Positions 27,451 to 35,655 are shown, numbered from the stretch's first letter. The stretch is 64,000 bases of DNA from Chitinophagaceae bacterium (GCA_036676905.1 JAKFCE010000006.1:235402-299401), one strand, 5' to 3'. Numbers and translations are program-made. Notes: a model not told the origin generated them from the letters alone.

Positions 27451-27513
27451 TCAACTTTGTCACCTATATCAACTCTGTCAACTTTGTCAACTTTATCAAC
27501 TCTGTCGACTATA
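27451..27513. repeat. Seven tandem 9-mers TCAACTYTR
   Basis: TCAACTTTG TCACCTATA TCAACTCTG TCAACTTTG TCAACTTTA TCAACTCTG TCGACTATA, in the divergent spacer between the alpha/beta hydrolase gene and tadA. Confidence 0.9.
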
Positions 27514-27523
27514 ATTTTACACC

Positions 27524-27961
27524 ATGACGGACGAATATTTCATGCAGCAGGCACTGGCCCAGGCGCAGCAGGCTTTTGAAGATGAGGAAGTGCCGGTGGG
27601 CGCTGTGATCGTAGTGAACAACAAGATCATTGCCCGCGGCTACAACCAGGTGGAAAAGCTGAACGACTGCACGGCGCACGCGGAGGTGATAGCGCTCACG
27701 TCGGCCTTCAATTATGTGGGCAGTAAATACCTGATGGACGGCACCATTTACATTACGGTAGAACCCTGCCTCATGTGCGCGGGCGCCCTTTACTGGTCAA
27801 AGATCGGGCGCATTGTGTACGGCGCTTCCGACCCCAAGAATGGTTACCTTCATATTACAGGAGCCAACTCGCCTTTCCATCCGAAAACAACCCTTACCAA
27901 AGGGATCATGGAGCAGGAATGCGCTACCCTGATGAAGACATTTTTTCAGCAAAAACGATGA
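27524..27961 (+). CDS. tadA: tRNA adenosine(34) deaminase
   Basis: HAEVIAL and PCLMCAGAL zinc-binding motifs. 145 aa. Confidence 0.92.
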   Translation: MTDEYFMQQALAQAQQAFEDEEVPVGAVIVVNNKIIARGYNQVEKLNDCTAHAEVIALTSAFNYVGSKYLMDGTIYITVEPCLMCAGALYWSKIGRIVYGASDPKNGYLHITGANSPFHPKTTLTKGIMEQECATLMKTFFQQKR

Positions 27962-28272
27962 TCATGACAAGCTTAAAAACCAAAGGGGCCAAAACCGAGT
28001 TGACCCATCCACGCTCAGGCAGAAAAATGATGATCGACAAGGAGATCTACGACGTAGTTTCCAAAGCCATTTACCACGAGCTGAAGAAAAACAAATCGAT
28101 GAGCTGGACCGACCTTTCGGCCGGCGTAGCGGACTGCCTTGCGGCACAAAAAACAAAGATCGACGGCTCAGTAGAATGGTATGCCATCTCCATCCGTAAC
28201 GACATGGTTACAAAGGGCATCGTTAAGATCTTTAAGGACAAGGGCCGGATGATGAATGCGCTTGCGGACTAA
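27958..28272 (+). CDS. Hypothetical 104-aa protein translationally coupled to tadA
   Basis: ATG 27958 overlaps the tadA stop (ATGA). The longer tracked ORF from 27775 would overlap tadA out of frame. No motif recognised. Confidence 0.55.
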   Translation: MIMTSLKTKGAKTELTHPRSGRKMMIDKEIYDVVSKAIYHELKKNKSMSWTDLSAGVADCLAAQKTKIDGSVEWYAISIRNDMVTKGIVKIFKDKGRMMNALAD

Positions 28273-28376
28273 GGTTATTTAGTTGCGAGATCGGAAAGAA
28301 ATCATGAAGGGCTGCCATGCTGCAGCAATCCTGCTTACTTTTGCAGTTCATTAGGACAAATTAAAAATCTTTAGTT

Positions 28377-28985
28377 ATGGCATTCACCCTTCCCCCGCTC
28401 CCTTACGCGCATGGTGCACTGGAGCCGCATATTGATACACAAACGATGCAGATCCATCACGGAAAGCATCACCAGGCCTATGTAGATAACCTGAACAAGG
28501 CAATCGCCGGTACAGAAAACGAAAATAAAAGCCTGGAAGAGCTGATAAAGAACGCAGGTACAATTTCCCCCGCCGTACGCAATAACGGTGGCGGACACTG
28601 GAATCACACTTTCTTCTGGGAAAGCCTGGCACCGGGCGGCGCTAAAGAGCCTTCAGGCGAGCTGGCCGATGCGATCAAATCCACTTTCGGCTCTTTTGAC
28701 GGACTGAAAGAAAAAATGAACAACGCAGGTATCACCCGCTTCGGCAGTGGCTGGGCCTGGCTGCTGGTAAAAGACGGCAAGCTGGAAGTTTCTTCAACGC
28801 CCAACCAGGATAACCCCCTGATGAATGTGGCTGAAGTAAAAGGACAGCCGATCTTCGGCATCGACGTGTGGGAACATGCGTACTATCTGAAATACCAGAA
28901 TAAGAGACCCGATTACCTCAATGCCATCTGGAATGTGGTAAACTGGGACAAAGTAGCAGAAAGATTCAAGAACGCTAAAGGATAA
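28377..28985 (+). CDS. Fe/Mn superoxide dismutase
   Basis: [19 protein letters not shown] and DVWEHAYYL signatures. Confidence 0.95.
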   Translation: MAFTLPPLPYAHGALEPHIDTQTMQIHHGKHHQAYVDNLNKAIAGTENENKSLEELIKNAGTISPAVRNNGGGHWNHTFFWESLAPGGAKEPSGELADAIKSTFGSFDGLKEKMNNAGITRFGSGWAWLLVKDGKLEVSSTPNQDNPLMNVAEVKGQPIFGIDVWEHAYYLKYQNKRPDYLNAIWNVVNWDKVAERFKNAKG

Positions 28986-29019
28986 AAAAACCCCCGCTTC
29001 AGGCGGGGGATTTTTTTTA
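28984..29019. terminator. Bidirectional intrinsic terminator between the SOD gene and the PfkB kinase gene
   Basis: AAAAAAA-CCCCCGC-TTCAG-GCGGGGG-ATTTTTTTT. Confidence 0.85.
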
Positions 29020-29949
29020 TTTCGTTTCTACGAGTTCTATTTCGAAGTTCACAAGATCCATGAACTGGATCAGCCTTTTATCGATATCTTCTTTATTGAT
29101 CTCCTTGATCCGCTCGGTACCAAACTTCTCTACGCAAAAGCTTGCCATGGCGGAACCAATGATGATGGCGGTCTTCATATTCTCGAAGGAAATATCCTTG
29201 GTCTTGGCCAGGTGACCTACAAATCCACCAGCGAAAGTATCGCCCGCACCGGTGGGATCGAATACGTCTTCCAGGGGAAGCGCCGGTGCAAAGAACACCT
29301 GGTCTTCATGGAAAAGCAGGGCCCCGTGTTCGCCTTTTTTGATGATCAGGTACTGCGGACCCATGGCGATGATCTTCTTGGCCGCCTTCACCAGCGAATA
29401 TTCTTTACTCAGCTCGCGGGCTTCGCTGTCGTTCACCATCAGCACATCCACTTCTTTCAGCACTTTCTTCAGGTCGTCGAGCGCAATCTCCATCCAAAAA
29501 TTCATCGTGTCCATCACGATCAGCTTGGGACGGTTGCGAAGTTGCTTGATTACACTGAGCTGCACAGCTGGCACCAGGTTTCCGAGCATCAGGAACTCGC
29601 AGTCCTGGTAACTCTCCGGCACCCTTGGATCGAAATCAGCCAGTACGTTCAGCTGTGTTTCAATGGTGTCGCGGGTATTCATATCCATGTGATACTTCCC
29701 CTTCCAGAAAAATGACTTTTCGTTTTCCTTGATCTGCACACCCTCCAGGTCCACACCACGGCTTTCCAGCTCGGCGAGTTCTTCTTTGGGGAAATCACCG
29801 CCTACTACAGAGATCTGCTTGATGGGCTGGGTGAAATTGCTCGCGCTGATAGCAATATAAGTAGCCGCGCCACCAATGATCCTGTCGGTTTTACCAAACG
29901 GGGTTTCCAGCGCATCAAAAGCCATAGAACCTACAACAATAAGAGACAT
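29017..29949 (-). CDS. PfkB family carbohydrate/nucleoside kinase
   Basis: DPTGAGDTFAGG PfkB signature 2 and an N-terminal GGAATY-type motif. 310 aa. Confidence 0.85.
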   Translation of the reverse strand: MSLIVVGSMAFDALETPFGKTDRIIGGAATYIAISASNFTQPIKQISVVGGDFPKEELAELESRGVDLEGVQIKENEKSFFWKGKYHMDMNTRDTIETQLNVLADFDPRVPESYQDCEFLMLGNLVPAVQLSVIKQLRNRPKLIVMDTMNFWMEIALDDLKKVLKEVDVLMVNDSEARELSKEYSLVKAAKKIIAMGPQYLIIKKGEHGALLFHEDQVFFAPALPLEDVFDPTGAGDTFAGGFVGHLAKTKDISFENMKTAIIIGSAMASFCVEKFGTERIKEINKEDIDKRLIQFMDLVNFEIELVETK

Positions 29950-29952
29950 GCG

Positions 29953-30020
29953 TGAGATTTAAGATTTAAGATTTAAAATTTAAGATTGACATTGACCACT
30001 CACCACTCACTACTCACTAA
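29953..30020 (-). repeat. Composite array: AGATTTA units, ATTGAC units and TCACYAC heptamers
   Basis: GAGATTTAAGATTTAAGATTTAAAATTTAAGATTGACATTGACCACTCACCACTCACTACTCACTAA lies directly upstream of the PfkB kinase start (29949). Confidence 0.85.
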
Positions 30021-30070
30021 AAGCGTGCAAACCTACTGTTTTTCGGGGTTGCAGGCCGTTGGGGGCATAA

Positions 30071-30095
30071 AAAAATGGCCGTTGCGGCCATTTTT
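30071..30095 (-). terminator. Intrinsic terminator downstream of the outer-membrane protein gene
   Basis: AAAAATGGCC-GTTGC-GGCCATTTTT, an 11-bp stem including A/T arms. Confidence 0.7.
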
Positions 30096-30112
30096 CTGAA
30101 AGAAAAATATCA

Positions 30113-30868
30113 TCAGATCCTTATCCCGATCGAAAAACCGGCGCGGAAGCCAGGTAAAAAGCCCTTGTAATCGGATGTCACTTCTTTTTTTGCCGCGTCT
30201 ACCTTCACTTCCACCTTGTCGCCTATAATGGGCAGATCCTTCACCAGGTCTTCCAGTTCCCGCTGTGCATCGGCAGCCGCTGCCTGGTCCCAGGGACCGG
30301 TAGGCGGGTTGGATACATCTCTCATCAGCAGCTGGTGACTGGCACTGTTGGCCTCAGGACCGAGGAGGAACATATCGAATACGATCCGCTTCCCCAGCAT
30401 GAACTGCGCGCCTAGCTGGGCGCCGGCACCAATGCCTTCATAGCTGCTGGTCAGGAGGAAAGTAGTAGGCTGTGTCCCAATAGTGGCCTTGATATTGGGC
30501 ACAGTGGCGTCGTTCTTTACATACTTTACGTAAGGTTCTATATAAAAACCCGTCATGGTCTTTTTTCCCAGGTACATGCGGTAGCCGCCCATCAGGGAAA
30601 ATGTCTTCAGGGTAACCTCTCTTTCCTCGTTGTCCATTTCGAAATTGATGGTCTTGTCCATGGGTATGCCCACCACCGAGGTCCATGAACGTCGGTTCTT
30701 GTAATTGAGCTCACCTCCAATGCTTGCCTTACCAAAATAAAGGGAGAGGGGATTCCATTTGGCCGCATAAGAAACATCAAATGCAGGCGTTTCAGTTTTT
30801 TCTTCCTGTCCAAAGCACGCTACAGCGCAGAGCAAGGCCAGGAGCAGCAGTAAAGAACGGTTGTACAT
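30113..30868 (-). CDS. Putative outer-membrane beta-barrel protein, unknown function
   Basis: Signal peptide, alternating amphipathic strands and a C-terminal GFSIGIRI. No family recognised with confidence. Confidence 0.5.
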   Translation of the reverse strand: MYNRSLLLLLALLCAVACFGQEEKTETPAFDVSYAAKWNPLSLYFGKASIGGELNYKNRRSWTSVVGIPMDKTINFEMDNEEREVTLKTFSLMGGYRMYLGKKTMTGFYIEPYVKYVKNDATVPNIKATIGTQPTTFLLTSSYEGIGAGAQLGAQFMLGKRIVFDMFLLGPEANSASHQLLMRDVSNPPTGPWDQAAAADAQRELEDLVKDLPIIGDKVEVKVDAAKKEVTSDYKGFLPGFRAGFSIGIRI

Positions 30869-30886
30869 AAGCAGTTTTTTGTAAAA

Positions 30887-30922
30887 TTAGTTGCCAGAGT
30901 TGATAAAGTTGATAGAGCTTGC
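30887..30922 (+). repeat. 9-mer array RAGTTGAYA (reverse orientation of the 27451 family)
   Basis: TTAGTTGCCA GAGTTGATA AAGTTGATA GAGCTTGC, in the divergent spacer upstream of paaE. Confidence 0.7.
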
Positions 30923-31062
30923 ACTGGCGAAGGCCAGTGTTGACAAAGGCAAGGAAGCTGGAACAGGCCTCTGACCAGAGAAAAAACTGCCAGGAAGTAG
31001 AGCGTTTTGAAAACTGCAAACGGTAAACTGTAAACAGAAAACCGCCCTATCTTCGCCAGCGC

Positions 31063-32142
31063 ATGATCCATTTTCATACTTTACGGGTTAGTGAGGTCAG
31101 GAAAGAGACCGAAGACTGCGTATCCATCCGCTTTGACGTACCTCCTGAACTGAAAGAGGACTTCCGGTTCACACAAGGGCAGAGCCTCACTGTTAAAAAA
31201 ATGCTGCAGGGCGAAGAAGTGCGTCGCACTTATTCCATTTGTACCTCACCGTTAGACGGTCAGCTAAAAGTGGCGGTTAAGAAAGTAGAGGGTGGTATTT
31301 TCTCCACCTGGGCCAATGAAGAACTGAAAGCAGGCGAATCGATCGATGTAATGCCGCCTGTGGGCAAGTTCTATACCCCCCTGGATCCTACCCAAAAGAA
31401 AAGCTACGTGGCCTTTGCTGCAGGAAGCGGCATCACGCCTGTGCTCTCGATCATCAAGACCACGCTGATGACCGAACCCAAAAGCGACTTCACCCTGGTG
31501 TTTGGCAACAGGACCAAAAACTCCATCATCTTTAAGGAAGAACTGGAGGCGCTGAAGGATCAGCATATTGACAGGTTCCGCATCTATCATATACTGAGCA
31601 GGGAAAGATCCGACGCCCCGCTGAACGACGGCAGGATCGACCCGGAAAAACTGGAACTGTTGGGCAGCCGCGTGATCGATTTCACACACGTAGACGAATT
31701 CTTTCTCTGCGGACCGGAGGCCATGATCTTTTGCGTGCGCGATCATCTCCAGGCCAAAGGCCTAGCCCCGGAAAAAATACATTTTGAACTCTTCACCATT
31801 CCCGGCCAGAAAGGTTCAGTAAGCAAGAGCAAGCCTGTTGCCGAAGCCGATCAGGGCCCCAAATCAAAGGTCTCCGTAAAACTGGATGGCATTTTATTCG
31901 ACTTCGACCTGGGCTACGAAGGCCAAAGCGTGCTGGATGCCGCCCTGCAGGAAGGCGCCGACCTGCCCTATGCCTGCAAGGGAGGTGTTTGCACCACCTG
32001 TAAGGCCAGGCTCCTCGAAGGAAAAGTGAAAATGGAGGTCAACTGGGGCCTGGAACAGGACGAGATAGACAAAGGCTTCATCCTTACCTGTCAGTCGCAT
32101 CCCCTTACCGAGAGAGTGGTGGTTGATTTTGACGCCAAATAG
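31063..32142 (+). CDS. paaE: Phenylacetyl-CoA 1,2-epoxidase reductase subunit (FNR-like plus plant-type 2Fe-2S)
   Basis: RTYSICTSP FAD-binding motif, AAGSGITP NAD motif and a C-terminal CKGGVCTTCKARL..LTC ferredoxin cluster. Confidence 0.9.
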   Translation: MIHFHTLRVSEVRKETEDCVSIRFDVPPELKEDFRFTQGQSLTVKKMLQGEEVRRTYSICTSPLDGQLKVAVKKVEGGIFSTWANEELKAGESIDVMPPVGKFYTPLDPTQKKSYVAFAAGSGITPVLSIIKTTLMTEPKSDFTLVFGNRTKNSIIFKEELEALKDQHIDRFRIYHILSRERSDAPLNDGRIDPEKLELLGSRVIDFTHVDEFFLCGPEAMIFCVRDHLQAKGLAPEKIHFELFTIPGQKGSVSKSKPVAEADQGPKSKVSVKLDGILFDFDLGYEGQSVLDAALQEGADLPYACKGGVCTTCKARLLEGKVKMEVNWGLEQDEIDKGFILTCQSHPLTERVVVDFDAK

Positions 32143-32167
32143 TGAGAAGTGAGTAGTGAATAGTGAT
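32140..32167 (+). repeat. TAGTGAG-family heptamer array (4 units) starting on the paaE stop codon
   Basis: TAGTGAG AAGTGAG TAGTGAA TAGTGAT. The first TAG is the paaE stop. Confidence 0.9.
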
Positions 32168-32173
32168 TGAAGA

Positions 32174-32185
32174 GAGGCGCGCCTC
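32174..32185. promoter_or_regulatory. Perfect 12-bp palindrome GAGGCGCGCCTC in the paaE-paaA spacer (possible operator)
   Basis: Exact dyad symmetry, located between the TAGTGAG array and the GGAAACY array. Function is purely conjectural. Confidence 0.2.
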
Positions 32186-32246
32186 AATGTTTTAAGGAGC
32201 CCTGCCTGTTAAATCTCTATAAAGAGCTGGCGATCAGCAATCAACA

Positions 32247-32275
32247 GGAAACCGGAAACTGGAAACCGGAAACTG
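32247..32275 (+). repeat. GGAAACY heptamer array (4 units) upstream of paaA
   Basis: AGGAAACC GGAAACT GGAAACC GGAAACTG, ending 20 nt before ATG 32296. Confidence 0.9.
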
Positions 32276-32295
32276 ATTCTCTTTAACTTTGTATT

Positions 32296-33240
32296 ATGTC
32301 AGTGCAGGACCTAGAAAAGATATTCCAGGACAAGATCGATAACGAAGTTCGAATCGAGCCCAAGGACTGGATGCCCGAAAAATACCGCCAGAATCTCATC
32401 CGGCAGATCAGCCAGCATGCGCACAGCGAGATCGTAGGCATGCTGCCCGAAGGCAACTGGATCAGCCGGGCCCCTTCGCTGAAAAGAAAGCAGATCCTTA
32501 TCGCTAAGGTGCAGGATGAAGCCGGTCACGGACTTTACCTCTATTCCGCCGCAGAAACTTTAGGCATCTCACGCGATGAGATGATTGAACAGCTGCACAG
32601 CGGCAAGGCTAAATATTCTTCTATTTTCAACTATCCCACGATCACCTGGGCGGATATGGGCACGATCGGCTGGCTGGTGGATGGCGCTGCCATCATGAAC
32701 CAGGTGCCGCTTTGCCGCACATCATTTGGTCCCTACAGCCGCGCCATGATCCGCGTATGCAAGGAAGAAAGTTTTCACCAGCGCCAGGGATTTGAAGCGC
32801 TACTTGTACTGAGCAAAGGAACAGACGAGCAAAAAGCCATGGTGCAGGATGCCATCGACAGGTGGTGGTGGCCCAGCCTGATGATGTTTGGTCCTCACGA
32901 CACGGAAAGCCTGCACAGCGAGCAAAGCATGAAATGGAAGATCAAGCGCTTCAGCAACGACGAGCTGCGCCAGCGCTTTGTAGATATGATCGCCGAGCAG
33001 GTGAAGCTGTTGGGCATGACGCTGCCGGATCCAGACCTCAAATGGAACGAAGAAAGAAAGCATTATGATTTCGGCAAGATCAACTGGGATGAGTTCTGGA
33101 ATGTGGTGAACGGCAACGGCCCCTGCAACAAGCAGCGCATGGATGCCAGGAAAAAAGCCTGGGAAGAGGGCGCCTGGGTAAGAGAAGCCGCATTGGCACA
33201 TGCGCAAAAAAGAACTGCCCGCTTGAATAAGGTTGCTTAG
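32296..33240 (+). CDS. paaA: Phenylacetyl-CoA 1,2-epoxidase catalytic subunit A
   Basis: Di-iron ligand motifs (DEAGH, EESFH) in a 314-aa ferritin-like protein, with paaBCD immediately downstream. Confidence 0.95.
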   Translation: MSVQDLEKIFQDKIDNEVRIEPKDWMPEKYRQNLIRQISQHAHSEIVGMLPEGNWISRAPSLKRKQILIAKVQDEAGHGLYLYSAAETLGISRDEMIEQLHSGKAKYSSIFNYPTITWADMGTIGWLVDGAAIMNQVPLCRTSFGPYSRAMIRVCKEESFHQRQGFEALLVLSKGTDEQKAMVQDAIDRWWWPSLMMFGPHDTESLHSEQSMKWKIKRFSNDELRQRFVDMIAEQVKLLGMTLPDPDLKWNEERKHYDFGKINWDEFWNVVNGNGPCNKQRMDARKKAWEEGAWVREAALAHAQKRTARLNKVA

Positions 33241-33263
33241 ATGCACCTCCTTCATTGCGCCTT

Positions 33264-33290
33264 CACTTGTTAACCTGTCAACCAGTCAAC
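33264..33290 (+). repeat. Octamer array NNGTYAAC between paaA and paaB
   Basis: CACTTGTTAAC CTGTCAAC CAGTCAAC, immediately followed by the paaB ATG at 33291. Confidence 0.75.
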
Positions 33291-33665
33291 ATGTACTTTA
33301 GAAAATTTTACTACGGCGATTACGATGCCATCAAGGGTGGTGGCAAGGCGGCTGAACAGGATAGCCCTGCCAGCAAGGGCAACCAAAATGAATGGCCTTT
33401 GTGGGAAGTGTTCATCCGCAGCAAGCAGGGCCTCGACCACAAGCACGTGGGTTCTTTGCATGCAGCCGACGCGAAAATGGCCATCGAGAATGCGCGGGAT
33501 GTATACACCAGGAGACAGGAAGGGGTAAGCGTGTGGGTAGTGGAAAGCAAATACATCCATGCTTCCAATCCAGATGAGGCAGAAAGTTTTTACGAGCCTG
33601 CCGCCGACAAGGTGTACAGGCATCCTACGTTTTACGACCTGCCCGACGAGCTCACCCATATGTAG
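33291..33665 (+). CDS. paaB: Phenylacetyl-CoA 1,2-epoxidase subunit B
   Basis: WPLWEVFIRSKQGLDHKHVGSLHAADAKMAIENARDVYTRR matches the PaaB family. First ATG used, because the tracked TTG start at 33255 lies in a repeat array. Confidence 0.88.
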   Translation: MYFRKFYYGDYDAIKGGGKAAEQDSPASKGNQNEWPLWEVFIRSKQGLDHKHVGSLHAADAKMAIENARDVYTRRQEGVSVWVVESKYIHASNPDEAESFYEPAADKVYRHPTFYDLPDELTHM

Positions 33666-33681
33666 ACCAAACCATTTACAA

Positions 33682-34494
33682 GTGAATCCTGTTTCCCCTT
33701 TATTTTATTACACACTGCACCTGGCCGACAATGCCCTGGTGCTTGGCCAGAGAAACGCTGAATGGTGCGGGCACGGACCTGTGCTGGAACAGGATATCGC
33801 CATTACCAATATTTCACTGGACCTGATAGGGCAGGCAAGAAACCTCTATGCCTATGCCGCCAGCATGTACAATGGCTTCAGCGAAAAAGAAAAAGAGTCC
33901 TGCGAAAAGCAGCTGCCCCGTACCTGGAAAGCCTTCGGCAGAGCGCTGGAGGAAGACGACCTTGCCTTTCTCAGGGAAGAAAGACAGTTCCTCAATGTGC
34001 TGATCACCGAGCTGCCTAAGGGTGACTGGAGCATGACGGTGTTGAGGCAATTCCTTTTCTCTGCCTTCCAATGGCAGCAATACAGGGCCTTGTCTTCCTC
34101 CCCGGATGCGGAGATCGCTGCCATTGCGGAAAAATCATTGAAGGAAGTGAGTTACCACCTTCGCTGGAGCGCTGAGTGGGTGATCCGCCTGGGCGATGGC
34201 ACTGAAGAAAGCAGGGAAAGAATAGAAAGGTCACTGCAGGACATCTGGATGTTCACCGGAGAAATGTTCCAGGCGGCGGAATTCGAACTGGGTGAATATG
34301 CCGTTGATCCTTCCACGCTCAAACAGGACTGGCGGGATAAGGTGAGCGAAGTATTCCTCGAGGCCGGACTAACAGTACCTGCAGCCGATTGGGCGCAATC
34401 CGGTGGCAAGAAAGGTGTGCACACCGAATACCTTGGCTACCTGCTGGCTGAGATGCAATACCTGCAAAGAACATTTCCCAACGCTACCTGGTAG
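33682..34494 (+). CDS. paaC: Phenylacetyl-CoA 1,2-epoxidase subunit C
   Basis: The ferritin-like PaaC body begins LFYYTLHLADNALVLGQRNAEWCGHGP. There is no in-frame ATG after the paaB stop, so GTG 33682 is proposed. The tracked ORF start at 33559 overlaps paaB. Confidence 0.85.
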   Translation: MNPVSPLFYYTLHLADNALVLGQRNAEWCGHGPVLEQDIAITNISLDLIGQARNLYAYAASMYNGFSEKEKESCEKQLPRTWKAFGRALEEDDLAFLREERQFLNVLITELPKGDWSMTVLRQFLFSAFQWQQYRALSSSPDAEIAAIAEKSLKEVSYHLRWSAEWVIRLGDGTEESRERIERSLQDIWMFTGEMFQAAEFELGEYAVDPSTLKQDWRDKVSEVFLEAGLTVPAADWAQSGGKKGVHTEYLGYLLAEMQYLQRTFPNATW

Positions 34495-34496
34495 CC

Positions 34497-35018
34497 ATGA
34501 GCACCACGTCCAACGATATCAGTACCGAAGAAAAAATCATCTGGACTATACTCGAAGAAGTGAAGGACCCCGAAGTGCCCGTGCTTTCTGTAGTAGACCT
34601 GGGCATCATCAGGAAAGTGGAGGTGAACGATGAGCAATCACCCTCCTCTGTCAAGGTCACAATTACGCCTACTTATTCAGGCTGCCCGGCGATGGATGTG
34701 ATCAATATGGACATCAGGCTCAAGCTGCTGGAGAAGGGATACAAAAAAATACAAATAGAGCAGGTGCTCTCCCCTGCCTGGACTACCGACTGGATGACCG
34801 AAGAAGGTAAAAGAAAGCTGAAAGAATTCGGCATTGCCCCGCCGAATCCGAAACAACAATTCTGCAAGGAAGAAATGTTTGCCGAAGAGATTGTGGAATG
34901 CCCGCGCTGCGGATCACAGAACACGAGACTCGTGAGCCTGTTCGGTTCTACTGCTTGCAAATCCATGTACCAATGCAAGGATTGCCAGGAAGCCTTTGAC
35001 TATTTCAAATGCCACTGA
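34497..35018 (+). CDS. paaD: Phenylacetyl-CoA 1,2-epoxidase subunit D
   Basis: DPEVPVLSVVDLGII, TPTYSGCPA and a C-terminal CPRCGS..CKDC zinc-ribbon, typical of PaaD (also called PaaJ). Confidence 0.9.
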   Translation: MSTTSNDISTEEKIIWTILEEVKDPEVPVLSVVDLGIIRKVEVNDEQSPSSVKVTITPTYSGCPAMDVINMDIRLKLLEKGYKKIQIEQVLSPAWTTDWMTEEGKRKLKEFGIAPPNPKQQFCKEEMFAEEIVECPRCGSQNTRLVSLFGSTACKSMYQCKDCQEAFDYFKCH

Positions 35019-35020
35019 TA

Positions 35021-35048
35021 TAGTGAGGGGTGAGTAGTGGGTAGTGAG
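35021..35048 (+). repeat. TAGTGAG-family heptamer array (4 units) 2 nt after the paaD stop
   Basis: TAGTGAG GGGTGAG TAGTGGG TAGTGAG. Confidence 0.9.
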
Positions 35049-35198
35049 GTATCTTCAGGCCATGATTCAACGGACGGCTCCTTAGGAGGCAGATGGATGT
35101 AGCAAAGTTCATGAACCTGCAAAGTGCTAATATGTATGAAGTACACATTAGCAACCGCTGCATTACCTATTCTTTCATCCGCCTGTTATCTTTGATCT

Positions 35199-35570
35199 AT
35201 GAGAGTGGTTCTGCTCTTCATTACTATCCTTTTTATTTCCTGTAACAACAGGATGATCGAAACTACGCTCTATTTTGGGCAGACGCGTCCGGGCGGGGCC
35301 GCCATCACAGAAGCCGAATGGAGAAGCTTTGCGGAAAACCGCATTGCCACTACCCTGAAAGAAGGCTATACGATCATCCGCGTCTCCGGCAGCTGGTTCG
35401 ATCCTGAGGCGAAGATATTGATCAGCGAACCTACTTACGTTGTCGTTTATCTGCACAGGAATTCAGCGCACATATCAGGTAAGATCGACAGCCTCAAACA
35501 GTGGTACAAGACTCAGTTTGACCAGCAGTCCGTGTTGCGCGTTGACAAAAAAGTAAGAGCAACCTTTTAG
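35199..35570 (+). CDS. DUF3574-like lipoprotein inserted in the paa cluster
   Basis: Lipobox LFISC followed by TLYFGQTRPGG..ITEAEWRSF..GYTIIRVSGSW, which I recall as the DUF3574 pattern. Confidence 0.6.
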   Translation: MRVVLLFITILFISCNNRMIETTLYFGQTRPGGAAITEAEWRSFAENRIATTLKEGYTIIRVSGSWFDPEAKILISEPTYVVVYLHRNSAHISGKIDSLKQWYKTQFDQQSVLRVDKKVRATF

Positions 35571-35655
35571 ATCGGCCTCCCAACCGGCCCTTACTCTGCC
35601 GTTAGTTCACGGGCTTCAATAAACTGCGATTAGTTAGTTTTGAGAAAATTTTGCC

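Noticed and set aside
27451-27513. Tandem oligo arrays considered as a CRISPR array
   Set aside because: Units are only 7-9 nt, directly abutting with no spacers, and there are no cas genes. This does not fit CRISPR architecture.
32284-32291. TAACTTTG, a perfect TAnnTTTG -7 promoter box upstream of paaA
   Set aside because: It ends only 4 nt before the ATG, so the predicted transcription start would fall at or within the start codon. It is more likely a chance match or part of the translation-initiation context.
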